Positions 1-8,710 of a stretch of DNA of 64,000 bases are shown here, one piece after another. Positions within the stretch are counted from its first letter, which is position 1, and every line of letters starts with the position of its first letter. Below the pieces are notes generated by a model, which searched no databases, had not been told where the DNA came from, and saw nothing but the letters and a program-made list of their open reading frames with translations. Source of the stretch: Actinomycetota bacterium (GTDB lineage Bacteria; Actinomycetota; UBA4738; HRBIN12); NCBI GenBank assembly GCA_034667405.1, contig JAXDJX010000016.1, positions 8,159-72,158 on the forward strand. Reading direction: 5' to 3'. Both the position numbers and the translations under genes were made by a program.

Positions 1-792
1 CACGAACACCAGCCATCGCAGTTGCTGGCGTTCGTCGCCCGTAGAGCGCTTGTAGCGGCCGCGAACGGCGAAGACGGTGGCCAAACTGATGGCGAGCGTC
101 ACCACGGTGCCCAGTGCGATCATCGTCGGGGCGAGGACGGACATCGACGCGATCCCCAGCGGATTCATGTACAGAACGCCCTGGTCGACGTAGGTGTTGA
201 GTGGCCCCGGCGCGATGAGGGAACCGATCACGATGGCGCCGAGCGCCGCGAAGAGGGTGTACTCAACGATCCGCCATCTGTGGCTCGGCGGGCGTCCGTC
301 CGGATACAGAAGGAACAGCAGTGGGATGAGCGTTACGACGAGGAATGTGTACTCGCCAAGTGATGCCCACAGGCCCAAGAGGGGGACGGAGCCCGGGTCA
401 ACCTTTGCCCCCGTGGTCACGAGGACCTGTGGCAGCAGGGTCAGTGCCGCGGCTGTGCCGATCGCAGAGAAGATCCACCCCGACGTGTTCTTCGGCTGCC
501 GGGAGACGATCAGGCTTCCGGTCACGAGCCAGGTGAGGCTGATCGCGGTGATGATGACGAGGAACCCGATGGATACGGTCTGGCGGAACGGGTCATCCTC
601 GGAGGCCTGACGGTCTCGCAGGTCAGCAAGCGTCGCCGGACCGTCCCCCTCCGACGGGTCCCCGATGACCACGATCTGGCCCGGCTCCTGCCGGGGGTAC
701 ACAAAGGTTGCGACCAAAAGCGATGCCAGCAGGCCGCTCACCGCGATCACCAGGAGCAGCCTGGAGATGATCTTGGCGGCCCGCGGACTCAC
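1..792 (-). CDS. Membrane sensor histidine kinase paralogue, N-terminal membrane part only (runs off the window edge)
   Basis: Not in the ORF track; translated by hand from GTG at 792 (GTGA overlap with the stop of 789..2951) and open to position 1. MSPRAAKIISRLLL...SRQPKNTSGWIF...LLYPDGRPPSHRWR...NPLGI...YKRSTGDERQQLRWL shares motifs with the two neighbouring kinases. Confidence 0.8.
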   Translation of the reverse strand, partial: MSPRAAKIISRLLLVIAVSGLLASLLVATFVYPRQEPGQIVVIGDPSEGDGPATLADLRDRQASEDDPFRQTVSIGFLVIITAISLTWLVTGSLIVSRQPKNTSGWIFSAIGTAAALTLLPQVLVTTGAKVDPGSVPLLGLWASLGEYTFLVVTLIPLLFLLYPDGRPPSHRWRIVEYTLFAALGAIVIGSLIAPGPLNTYVDQGVLYMNPLGIASMSVLAPTMIALGTVVTLAISLATVFAVRGRYKRSTGDERQQLRWLVFV

Positions 793-2951
793 GCGAACGC
801 CCCGCTGGGTGCTTCCACGTCGACCGGGAGTCTGCCCGTCACCGTCGTTCCACCTCCGGCGCTGCTCTCGAGCGTGAGCGCTCCATCCAACGCGGCGATC
901 CGGTCCCGAACGATCTGGATGCCCATCCCTTCCGGCGTGACCTCGATATCGAACCCCGGACCCTCGTCGTGGACGCTGAACGTGAGGGTGTGGTCTGTCA
1001 CGTCCAGCCGCACGGCCGTCGGCGCGTTCCCTGCATGGCGGAGCACGTTCTGGATCGCCTGCAGGCAGCAGAAGTAGACGCACGCCTCGGTGTCCACGTC
1101 GAATCTCTGGGCGTTGAACGCCGGCGTCGCGTCGATCACGCCGTTGGCGCCCACCTTGCGGATGTGTGCGTCGAGCGCGGAGGCGACGCCCTTGTCGGCT
1201 AGGAGCGGGGGGAAGATGCCGCGCGCCAGATCGCGCAGGCCTTCCAGGGTGGCGTTGGCCTCTTCGCCCAGACGGTCCAACTGCGACAGCGCCACGTCGG
1301 GATTGTCCGCCACCAGGGTCGAGGTGTGGGTCACCTGCTGGCCTATAGCCAGCAGTTGACGTTGGGGGCCTTCACGGATGTCGCGCTCGAGCCCGCGACG
1401 CTGCGCGTCGCGGGCGGTCACCAATCGCTGCCTGGACTGCTCGAGCTGCCGGGAGCGCTCGTCGAGTTCGGCGAGTCGAAGCTCCAGCGAGGCCGCGAGA
1501 CGAACATTGTGCATCGCGAGTCCTGCTTGCGCGGCAAGGTCGATGAGCAGGGCATCTTCGGCGGGGGTGAGGCGTTCGCCCGGCGGTTTTGCGATCTCGA
1601 TGTCGCCGATGTGCTCGCCCTCATAGGTGACGTCGATGCGCCGATCGAAGGGGCCCTCGATGGCTTCCACCGGCCAGGAGGCGGATCGCGTGTCCGATCC
1701 TGGAAGCTTCACGCGGACACGGCTCCGTTCTGCCCCCACTCCGCTCGCCGCAGTTGCGGCCATCGTCGGCAGCACATCGCCGAGCGAGTGGGTGTCCGCC
1801 ATGCGCCGTGAGAACTCCGCCATCAGCTCGTAGGGCGTCGAACGCTTGCCGTACACCATCCGGTTGGCGAACCTCCGCACCCGCTCGCGCACGGGCTGGA
1901 ACGCCACGGCGATGATGGCGGTGGCGGCGATCGACAACGACGTGTTCCCCTGACGGCCCAACAGCTGACCGAGCCCGACTACGATCGCGATGTAGAGCAC
2001 GGTGATGAACGTCGCGAGCAGCCCGTAGACGAGTGCCCTGTTGATGATCGTGTCGATCTCGTAGAGCTTGTACCGCAGCACCGCGAAGCCGATCGCCACG
2101 GGCAGGAGCGCGAAGGTCAGGAGCGAGACGTTCTGCAGGATGGTGATGGCGAGGGGCTGTTGGGTTCCGGGAGGCCTCGTCGCCTCGGATACGAGGGACC
2201 ACGCGATCGTGACCGCGTAGAGAACGGCCATGATCGCTCCGGTGGTGACGAGCCACTTCATCTGGAGGCGCTCGGTGCCACGTGACCGGCGGAAGCGGCC
2301 GACTACGGCGATCGCGGCCGCGATGATCCCGAGTGGGATCACGAAGATCAAGACCATCAGCGGGTCCAGGACCGGCGCGAGAGCGCGGATGCCGAGCGGG
2401 TTGACGACATCGGGGAACTGACCACCCTCCAGCTTGCCCGGCGAGACCAAGATCACCAGGAAGACGGTGGCCGACCCGATGCCGATCGCCCAGGCGACCT
2501 TCCGCCACTTCGGCCCTGGAAGATGCCCGTCGGGGAACAACAGCAGGACGTAGACCCCCATCAACACGATCATCGGAACCCAACTCGCACCGTCGAACGC
2601 TGCCGCCACTCCGGCTCCTGGGAGTCTGCCCGGGAGCAGCACGAATCCGACGACTTCGTAGGCACCGACGACCTGCATCGAAGCGAGATACACACCGATG
2701 AGGACGAGCACCCTGCCCAACCAATTCTCGGGATGGCGTGACATCACGATGGCGCCCACCAAGGGGAACAGGAGGAACCCGACTCCGAGCACCAAGTTCG
2801 AAAAGGCTGAGGAGCCGTTCCAGCCAGCCTCGGTGGCGGTGTGCGAGGTACGGGCTTGTGCGACGAACCCGATGATGTTGGTCGCGATGCCCAGCACGAC
2901 GTAGGCTGCGAACGACCCCCACGCGAGCCGCGCCGCCCTCCGCTGGTCCAT
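789..2951 (-). CDS. Multi-TM sensor histidine kinase-like protein (GAF-like + HisKA_3 + HATPase); phospho-His replaced by Arg
   Basis: Many TM helices, then LERDIREGPQRQL (H-box position), QAIQNVLRHA, HDEGPGF, GMG and GGGTTV boxes; paralogue of 2951..5143. Confidence 0.88.
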   Translation of the reverse strand: MDQRRAARLAWGSFAAYVVLGIATNIIGFVAQARTSHTATEAGWNGSSAFSNLVLGVGFLLFPLVGAIVMSRHPENWLGRVLVLIGVYLASMQVVGAYEVVGFVLLPGRLPGAGVAAAFDGASWVPMIVLMGVYVLLLFPDGHLPGPKWRKVAWAIGIGSATVFLVILVSPGKLEGGQFPDVVNPLGIRALAPVLDPLMVLIFVIPLGIIAAAIAVVGRFRRSRGTERLQMKWLVTTGAIMAVLYAVTIAWSLVSEATRPPGTQQPLAITILQNVSLLTFALLPVAIGFAVLRYKLYEIDTIINRALVYGLLATFITVLYIAIVVGLGQLLGRQGNTSLSIAATAIIAVAFQPVRERVRRFANRMVYGKRSTPYELMAEFSRRMADTHSLGDVLPTMAATAASGVGAERSRVRVKLPGSDTRSASWPVEAIEGPFDRRIDVTYEGEHIGDIEIAKPPGERLTPAEDALLIDLAAQAGLAMHNVRLAASLELRLAELDERSRQLEQSRQRLVTARDAQRRGLERDIREGPQRQLLAIGQQVTHTSTLVADNPDVALSQLDRLGEEANATLEGLRDLARGIFPPLLADKGVASALDAHIRKVGANGVIDATPAFNAQRFDVDTEACVYFCCLQAIQNVLRHAGNAPTAVRLDVTDHTLTFSVHDEGPGFDIEVTPEGMGIQIVRDRIAALDGALTLESSAGGGTTVTGRLPVDVEAPSGAFA

Positions 2952-5143
2952 CAGGAGATCCCCGCGATCGTTCGTTCGCTCTCGAGTGGTACCCGGCCGC
3001 GCACCGTGGTTCCACGACCTTGCGACGATGTCACCGTCACACCGCCACCGAGCACGGAGAGGCGGTCTCGCATGTTGTTCAGGCCTGAGCCCCGTGGCGC
3101 CGTGGCTGCGTCGAATCCCTGGCCGTCGTCGGTCACCTCGAACGTGAGGTCTCCGTCGCGCTCACCGAGCGTGATGTCGACGGCGCCTGCGTTCGCGTAT
3201 TTCGCGATGTTCTGAAGGGCCTCCAAAGCACAGAAGTAGACGGCCGCCTCGAGTTCGATCGGATAGCGAGAGACGCCGTTCGCGTGGAGCCGTACCGTGA
3301 GATCCATCCGTTGGTACTGCGCGGCGAGCGCGGTCGCGAGCCCTTGCTCCTCGAGCAGCGGAGGATAGATGCCGAGGGCCAGGTTCGACAGGGTCTCGAG
3401 CGCATCGTCGACCTCACCACGAAGTTCGGCGAGCATGGCGCCCGCCTTCACCGGATCACGGGAGATCAGCGAACGAACCAGTCGGAGCTTCACGGCCAAT
3501 GCGACCAGATGTTGTTGCGCGCCGTCGTGGATGTTGCGCTCGAGCCGGCGGCGTTCTTCATCCTGGGCCGTGACGATCCGCTGTCGCGATCTCTGGAGTT
3601 CTGCCGACCGCTCGGTGAGTTCGTTGAGTCGAGCTTGGAGTTCAGCGGTGAGACGGGCGTTGGCAAGGACCAGACCGGCCTGGCCCGCGAGATCGTCCAG
3701 CAGCACTTCCTCGGCGTGGCGCAAGGGGTCTCCCTGCGCTTTCGTCACCGTCACGGCGCCCAGGAGCGACCCTTGTAGCAGGACGGGTACCGCGCGGTCG
3801 ACGCCCCGGATCTCGGGCAGGGATACGCCATCGCCGGGGAGTTCGAGCCCTTGACCGTCGTCTGCTCCAGGAGGCCACGACGCGGATAGGCGAAGCTCGT
3901 TCCCCACCCGGAGCCACACGTCCGCGCGCTCGGCGCCGGTTCCCTCGGCGATCACTCGCGCCGTCCGGGGCAGCACGTCCTCGGCGGCATAGGTCGTGCC
4001 GACACGCCCGGCGAACTCGCTCAGCACCTGGTACGGCGTGGCACGTTCTCCGTAAACGAGACCGTTCGCAACGCGCGTCATCCGCTCCCGCACGGGTTGG
4101 AACCCAACGGCAACGACGGCGGTGGCTACGATCGCCAGCCCGATGTTCGCCTGATCGGTCTGCCCCAGGAGTGCTCCGAACCCGATGACGATCCCGACGT
4201 AGACCGCGGTGATGAACGCCGCAAGTGAGCCGAACAGGACGGTCTTCGAGATCACGATATCGATGTCGTAGAGCCGGTATTTGAGCACGGCGAGCCCAAC
4301 CGACAAGGGGATCGCATAGATCCCGAGCACCATGACGGCTTCGGCGAGCACGTCGACGAGACCCGAGGACTCCGTCCCGCTGACGGCGGCGCTTCCTCCC
4401 CCGATCACCAGCCAGGTATACGTCCCGAAGTACATGAGGAATGCGGCGGCGATGAGCGATCCGGAGACGGCGAGCCATTTCATCTGCGCACGTTCGTCAC
4501 CGCGCGAACGACGGAACCGCACGATCACGCTACTCGCGCCGATCACCAGCAAAAGAGGAACCGACACGAGCGCGATGCTCTGGATCGCGAACATCCCGGG
4601 GATCCCGAAAGGATTGTGGGCGTCGAGGTACGTGGTTTGCTGCTTCGACAAGATCCCGGCCACCGTGGCGATGCACACGCCGACGACACTCGTGATGAAC
4701 GGCGCTCGCCACCTGGCCGAGATGAGCTTCCCGTCGGGGAACAGAGCGCAGACCGCAGCGAGGGCCGAGAGCGCAGGCAGCCACACCCAATCCTCAGCGG
4801 CGGCCGCGAGTCGCGCCGGTGTGGCGCGATCTCCCGTCGTCAGGAACGCCCAGTTCGCATAGCCCTCCGCGATCGCCTGGAGCCCCGCGAAGATCGAGGC
4901 GAACATCAGGATCCACCCGATCGGGTTCTGGGGACGCTTCGTCGCCAGCGTTGCCCCCACGACCGCCAAGATCAGCGCGAGTGGGATCGCGACACCCCGC
5001 GGGCCGAACGAGGCGGATGGGCGAGTAGTCGCCTTGAGTTCGAAAACGAGGCCGGCGACCGCGAGTGCGATCGCCACCCCGCAGACCACCCACGGCGATC
5101 GTGGGGGGCGTTCCGGCGATAGTGCTGCTGCGGAGTCCTCCAT
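2951..5143 (-). CDS. Multi-TM sensor histidine kinase (GAF-like + HisKA_3 + HATPase_c)
   Basis: LERNIHDGAQQ H-box, EALQNIAKYA N-box, DDGQGF, GSGL, GRGTTV; start placed at ATG 5143 (MEDSAAAL); TGATG coupling to the next gene. Confidence 0.92.
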   Translation of the reverse strand: MEDSAAALSPERPPRSPWVVCGVAIALAVAGLVFELKATTRPSASFGPRGVAIPLALILAVVGATLATKRPQNPIGWILMFASIFAGLQAIAEGYANWAFLTTGDRATPARLAAAAEDWVWLPALSALAAVCALFPDGKLISARWRAPFITSVVGVCIATVAGILSKQQTTYLDAHNPFGIPGMFAIQSIALVSVPLLLVIGASSVIVRFRRSRGDERAQMKWLAVSGSLIAAAFLMYFGTYTWLVIGGGSAAVSGTESSGLVDVLAEAVMVLGIYAIPLSVGLAVLKYRLYDIDIVISKTVLFGSLAAFITAVYVGIVIGFGALLGQTDQANIGLAIVATAVVAVGFQPVRERMTRVANGLVYGERATPYQVLSEFAGRVGTTYAAEDVLPRTARVIAEGTGAERADVWLRVGNELRLSASWPPGADDGQGLELPGDGVSLPEIRGVDRAVPVLLQGSLLGAVTVTKAQGDPLRHAEEVLLDDLAGQAGLVLANARLTAELQARLNELTERSAELQRSRQRIVTAQDEERRRLERNIHDGAQQHLVALAVKLRLVRSLISRDPVKAGAMLAELRGEVDDALETLSNLALGIYPPLLEEQGLATALAAQYQRMDLTVRLHANGVSRYPIELEAAVYFCALEALQNIAKYANAGAVDITLGERDGDLTFEVTDDGQGFDAATAPRGSGLNNMRDRLSVLGGGVTVTSSQGRGTTVRGRVPLESERTIAGIS

Positions 5144-5300
5144 ATGACGCGGATGGTCGCACTTCAAGGCCGCCGGCGGAAAGGGGGAGGGCGCCACCTT
5201 CCCTCGGGTGCAGGCATCCCTGAGAACCGTGGTGCCGGCCGGGTTCGTTCTGGTCGGCGACGAGCGTAGCGTCCGGGGCGAGGACAAGGAGGAACCCACG

Positions 5301-5708
5301 ATGACGACCATCCTCACCGGAACCGATACCACCGCCGCGGCCGATCTTGCCGTGGATGACGCAGCCAGGCTCGCCCACGACCGCGGCGCAGAGCTCTTGG
5401 TCCTCTACGTGGAGCGAGAGGGAGACGAACGGAGAGCCGTTGACCCGGCGCGCGCTCCCGATCCCGGTTCGCATCTACAGAAACTGGCCGCCCGCTATCC
5501 CGGACTCAGCGTCAAGACCCGGGTCGAACACGGCGACCCGGCGGAGCGACTCGTCGAGGTAGCGGCGGAGGTTCGCGCCGAGGCGATCGTGGTCGGCAAC
5601 CGAGGCGCGCAAGGATCACGCTGGCGTGTCAAGGACGCCGTCCCCACGTTGGTCCTTCGGCACGCGCCGTGCAGCGTGTTCATCGTTGACACACGGCGCG
5701 CGCAGTGA
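5301..5708 (+). CDS. Universal stress protein (single USP domain)
   Basis: ILTGTD...GDPAERLVEVA...IVVGNRG...VPTLVLRHAPCSVFIV; AGGAGG RBS upstream of ATG 5301. Confidence 0.9.
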   Translation: MTTILTGTDTTAAADLAVDDAARLAHDRGAELLVLYVEREGDERRAVDPARAPDPGSHLQKLAARYPGLSVKTRVEHGDPAERLVEVAAEVRAEAIVVGNRGAQGSRWRVKDAVPTLVLRHAPCSVFIVDTRRAQ

Positions 5709-5731
5709 GGCCGGTCCCGCAGGAGGCGGAC

Positions 5732-6400
5732 TCAGGCGTGGTCGGTCTCGCGCAGGAACGCGAGCACCGCCATGACCCGGCGGTGAACGTCGGGCTCTTC
5801 GGTCAACCCGAGCTTGTGGAACAGCGAGTTGATGTGTTTCTCCACCGCCCGATCGGTGAGGAACAGCGATGCGGCGATCGCCGCATTGTTCCGGCCTTGC
5901 GCCATATGGGACAGCACTTCTCGCTCTCGGTCCGTCAGAGAGCGGAGCGGGCTCGACGCCATCCGGTCCTTCGCCGCGACCAGCGCCTCGACGACCTTGG
6001 GATCGAGAACGCTCCCGCCCCGGCTGACTTCCTCCAGTGCCCGCACCAGCTCGTCGATGTCGGCAACGCGCTCCTTCAAGAGGTACCCCAGACCCGCAGC
6101 GCCATCCTTCAGCAGGTCGTACGCATACTCCTCCTCGACGAACTGCGACAGCACCACGACGCCGATCTCGGGATGTTCCGCACGGATGCGCTTGGCCGCG
6201 TCGATCCCCTCGTTCGTGCCGGTCGGTGGCATGCGGATATCGGTGAGCACCGCATCGGGACGATGCTCGGTCACCGCCGCCAGCAACTCGTCGCGGTCCG
6301 TGACCATGGCAACCAGGTCGAGTTCGTCGACGCTTTCGAGGAGCGCCGCTGTTCCCTCGCGGACCAGGTAGTTATCCTCGGCGAACACCACGCGGATCAC
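5732..6400 (-). CDS. NarL/LuxR-family response regulator (REC + LuxR HTH)
   Basis: AEDN, LTDIRMP (phospho-Asp), YLLKE, LTDREREVLSHMAQGRNNAAIA...VEKHINSLFHKLGL; GTG 6400 lies 6 nt downstream of TACCAT. Confidence 0.95.
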   Translation of the reverse strand: MIRVVFAEDNYLVREGTAALLESVDELDLVAMVTDRDELLAAVTEHRPDAVLTDIRMPPTGTNEGIDAAKRIRAEHPEIGVVVLSQFVEEEYAYDLLKDGAAGLGYLLKERVADIDELVRALEEVSRGGSVLDPKVVEALVAAKDRMASSPLRSLTDREREVLSHMAQGRNNAAIAASLFLTDRAVEKHINSLFHKLGLTEEPDVHRRVMAVLAFLRETDHA

Positions 6401-6438
6401 GCGCGGATGGTACACGGGCGCAGGAGGCGGCTGGCAGC

Positions 6439-7719
6439 GTGAGCGGCATCAGGGTGGTCCTCGGTGAAGACAACGTCTTGGTTCGGGAGGGAGTCCGTGC
6501 CTTGCTCGATTCCTACGACGACATCGAGGTGGTCGGCGTGGCCGCCGACGCACCCGCCCTCATGGAGACCGCAGAGGAACATCTTCCCGATGTCGTCGTC
6601 ACGGATATCAAGATGCCCCCGTCGTTCCAACTCGAGGGGATCGATTGCGCGCACGCGATCCGCTCGATGCATCCGGATACGGGTGTGGTTGTGCTCTCGG
6701 CCCATGACGACGAGGCGTATGCGCTCGCGCTCCTGGGCGGCGGCCACAGCGGCCTGGCCTACCTGCTGAAAGACCGGATCGCCCAGGGCGACGAGCTTGC
6801 TCGCGCCATCCGTGAAGTGCACGCCGGGGGAAGTGCGGTCGATCCCCTCATCGCCGAACGTCTCTCCGGCCGCACGGATGCCGGCGAGGACGAGCGGCAG
6901 GTCCTCGACATGATGGCGAGGGGCCTCGGCTACGCGGAGATGGCAGCGGCCCTCGGCACCACCCAGGAAGCTGTGGACAGGCGGGTGACCGAACTCTTCG
7001 GTCGGATGGCCGACGGCACCGGCTCGGGCAACACTCGCGCGGTCGACGAGATGAAGAAGCTCCATGCCGCCGTCGTGACGCGCTCTACCGAGGCGACGAA
7101 CCTAAAGGAGTACATCCCGTCGCAGGTCGCCGATGCGATCGCCGGCGGACTGATGACGCAGCAGGAACTCGACGTCACGGTGCTGTTCAGCGACATCCGG
7201 GGCTTCTCCACCATCGCCGAACGTCTCTCCGCCCGCGAGATCGCGGACGTGGTGGGCAGGCATCTGGGTGCGATGGCCGAGATCGTCGCCCAACACGGTG
7301 GGACCATCGACAAGTTCCAAGGGGACGCCGTCATGGCGATCTTCGGCGCGCCTGTGGCCCTCACCGATCACGCCGAGCGCGCGCTGAGGTGCGCCATCGA
7401 CATGCAACGCCGGCAGACGGAACTCAACGCAGATGGCTGGGGTGCAGCGGTTCCTGAGTTGGTGGTAGGCATCGGTCTCAATACGGGCCCCGTCATCGCG
7501 GGAGCGGTGGGCGGCGGCGGCCGGCTGGAATACACGGTGATCGGCGATGCCGTGAACGTCGCGCAGCGCTTGCAGTCGGAGGCGGCGGGCGGCGAGATCG
7601 TCGCGGCCGCGAGCACGGTGCAGGCCGCCCCCGGCGTCATGTGTGAGCGGATCGGACCGCGGATCGTGAAGGGCCGCGACGAACCGGTCGAGGTGTTCCG
7701 CGTCGTTCTGGGTTCCTGA
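6439..7719 (+). CDS. Response regulator (REC + LuxR-like HTH) fused to a class III adenylate/guanylate cyclase
   Basis: REC: GEDN, VTDIKMP, YLLKD. HTH-like: ERQVLDMMARGLGYAEMAAAL. Cyclase: VLFSDIRGFS, DKFQGDAVMA, GIGLNTG, EYTVIGDAVNVAQRLQ. Confidence 0.92.
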   Translation: MSGIRVVLGEDNVLVREGVRALLDSYDDIEVVGVAADAPALMETAEEHLPDVVVTDIKMPPSFQLEGIDCAHAIRSMHPDTGVVVLSAHDDEAYALALLGGGHSGLAYLLKDRIAQGDELARAIREVHAGGSAVDPLIAERLSGRTDAGEDERQVLDMMARGLGYAEMAAALGTTQEAVDRRVTELFGRMADGTGSGNTRAVDEMKKLHAAVVTRSTEATNLKEYIPSQVADAIAGGLMTQQELDVTVLFSDIRGFSTIAERLSAREIADVVGRHLGAMAEIVAQHGGTIDKFQGDAVMAIFGAPVALTDHAERALRCAIDMQRRQTELNADGWGAAVPELVVGIGLNTGPVIAGAVGGGGRLEYTVIGDAVNVAQRLQSEAAGGEIVAAASTVQAAPGVMCERIGPRIVKGRDEPVEVFRVVLGS

Positions 7720-7740
7720 ACCGATCGGGAGGGAGGATTC

Positions 7741-8508
7741 GTGCGCAACGGGAAGGGGAGCGGGCGGCTCATGGCGTTCCGCATCGTCGCGGTGATCGGG
7801 GCCGTGCTGCACGCCGCGCCGATCGTCTTCCTCGGGGCGTCATACACCGCCGGAGAGATGAGGATCCACGTCGTGCACAACGCGGCCGGGCTGGCCATGT
7901 TCACGGCGGTGATCGCGCTGGGATGGATCCTGGCCGCGATCTCGCCCGACCGGATGGTCGCGCCGTTCCAAGCTGCCACGCTCGCCGTCGTCGCGGTGGT
8001 CGTCGCGTCGGTGATCTCTGCGGACGTCCAGGGCGGACTCCTCAGCGGGGTCGTTGGGCTCGTCTTGGTCGTCCTTCACCCGGATCGTCCGGTGCTGGCT
8101 CGGATCGGCAGGACTGGACCTCTGCCGCTGATCCTCGCCGCCCTCGCCGTGGTCCCCGCGGTAGGGTTCGCACTGGAGAGCGCCTCCTTGCAACGGAACG
8201 GGATGCCGATGGATCCGCACGTGGAGATGCACCACTGGACGGGCATGGCCGCCTTCGCGATGACCCTGGTCGTGGTGGCGGTCGTCGCCGGCTTGGGAGG
8301 CCCGAACCGACGTATCGTTGCCATGGTCGGCGGCCTCTCCGCGATGTTCTTCGGTGTCATGGCACTCGTCTACGCCGGGTACCCGGGAGCGCCGGCTAGA
8401 GCCTGGGCGATCGCGTGTATCGCCTGGGGCATGCTGCTGGCTGGCGACGGTTACCGCATGGCCCGCGAACCGGGGAACGAGCCCATCGTCATGGAAGGTC
8501 CAGCATGA
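7741..8508 (+). CDS. Hypothetical multi-pass membrane protein with His clusters
   Basis: About 7-8 hydrophobic segments; GGAGG upstream; ATGA overlap with the next ORF; alternative start at ATG 7771. Confidence 0.7.
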   Translation: MRNGKGSGRLMAFRIVAVIGAVLHAAPIVFLGASYTAGEMRIHVVHNAAGLAMFTAVIALGWILAAISPDRMVAPFQAATLAVVAVVVASVISADVQGGLLSGVVGLVLVVLHPDRPVLARIGRTGPLPLILAALAVVPAVGFALESASLQRNGMPMDPHVEMHHWTGMAAFAMTLVVVAVVAGLGGPNRRIVAMVGGLSAMFFGVMALVYAGYPGAPARAWAIACIAWGMLLAGDGYRMAREPGNEPIVMEGPA

Positions 8509-8696
8509 GCGTCGACGTCCACCGCCCCAAGACACTCACCCGCCGAGTAGAGCGGGCCATCGTCGGGTTCACCATGGCGATCGTCGCCTTGATCTTGGAG
8601 CGGGTGGTCATGAAGACCGTCAGGAAGGAAGGGGGCACCATGAAGGACGCTCCCGGCAAAGTGGTCACCAGCAAGGGCGGCGAGGTAGACGCGTAG
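8505..8696 (+). CDS. Small single-TM hypothetical protein (63 aa)
   Basis: MSVDVHRPKTLTRRVERAIVGFTMAIVALILERVV...; ATGA coupling with the upstream gene; GGAAGG upstream. Confidence 0.65.
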   Translation: MSVDVHRPKTLTRRVERAIVGFTMAIVALILERVVMKTVRKEGGTMKDAPGKVVTSKGGEVDA

Positions 8697-8710
8697 GGCC
8701 TCGGCCGGGA

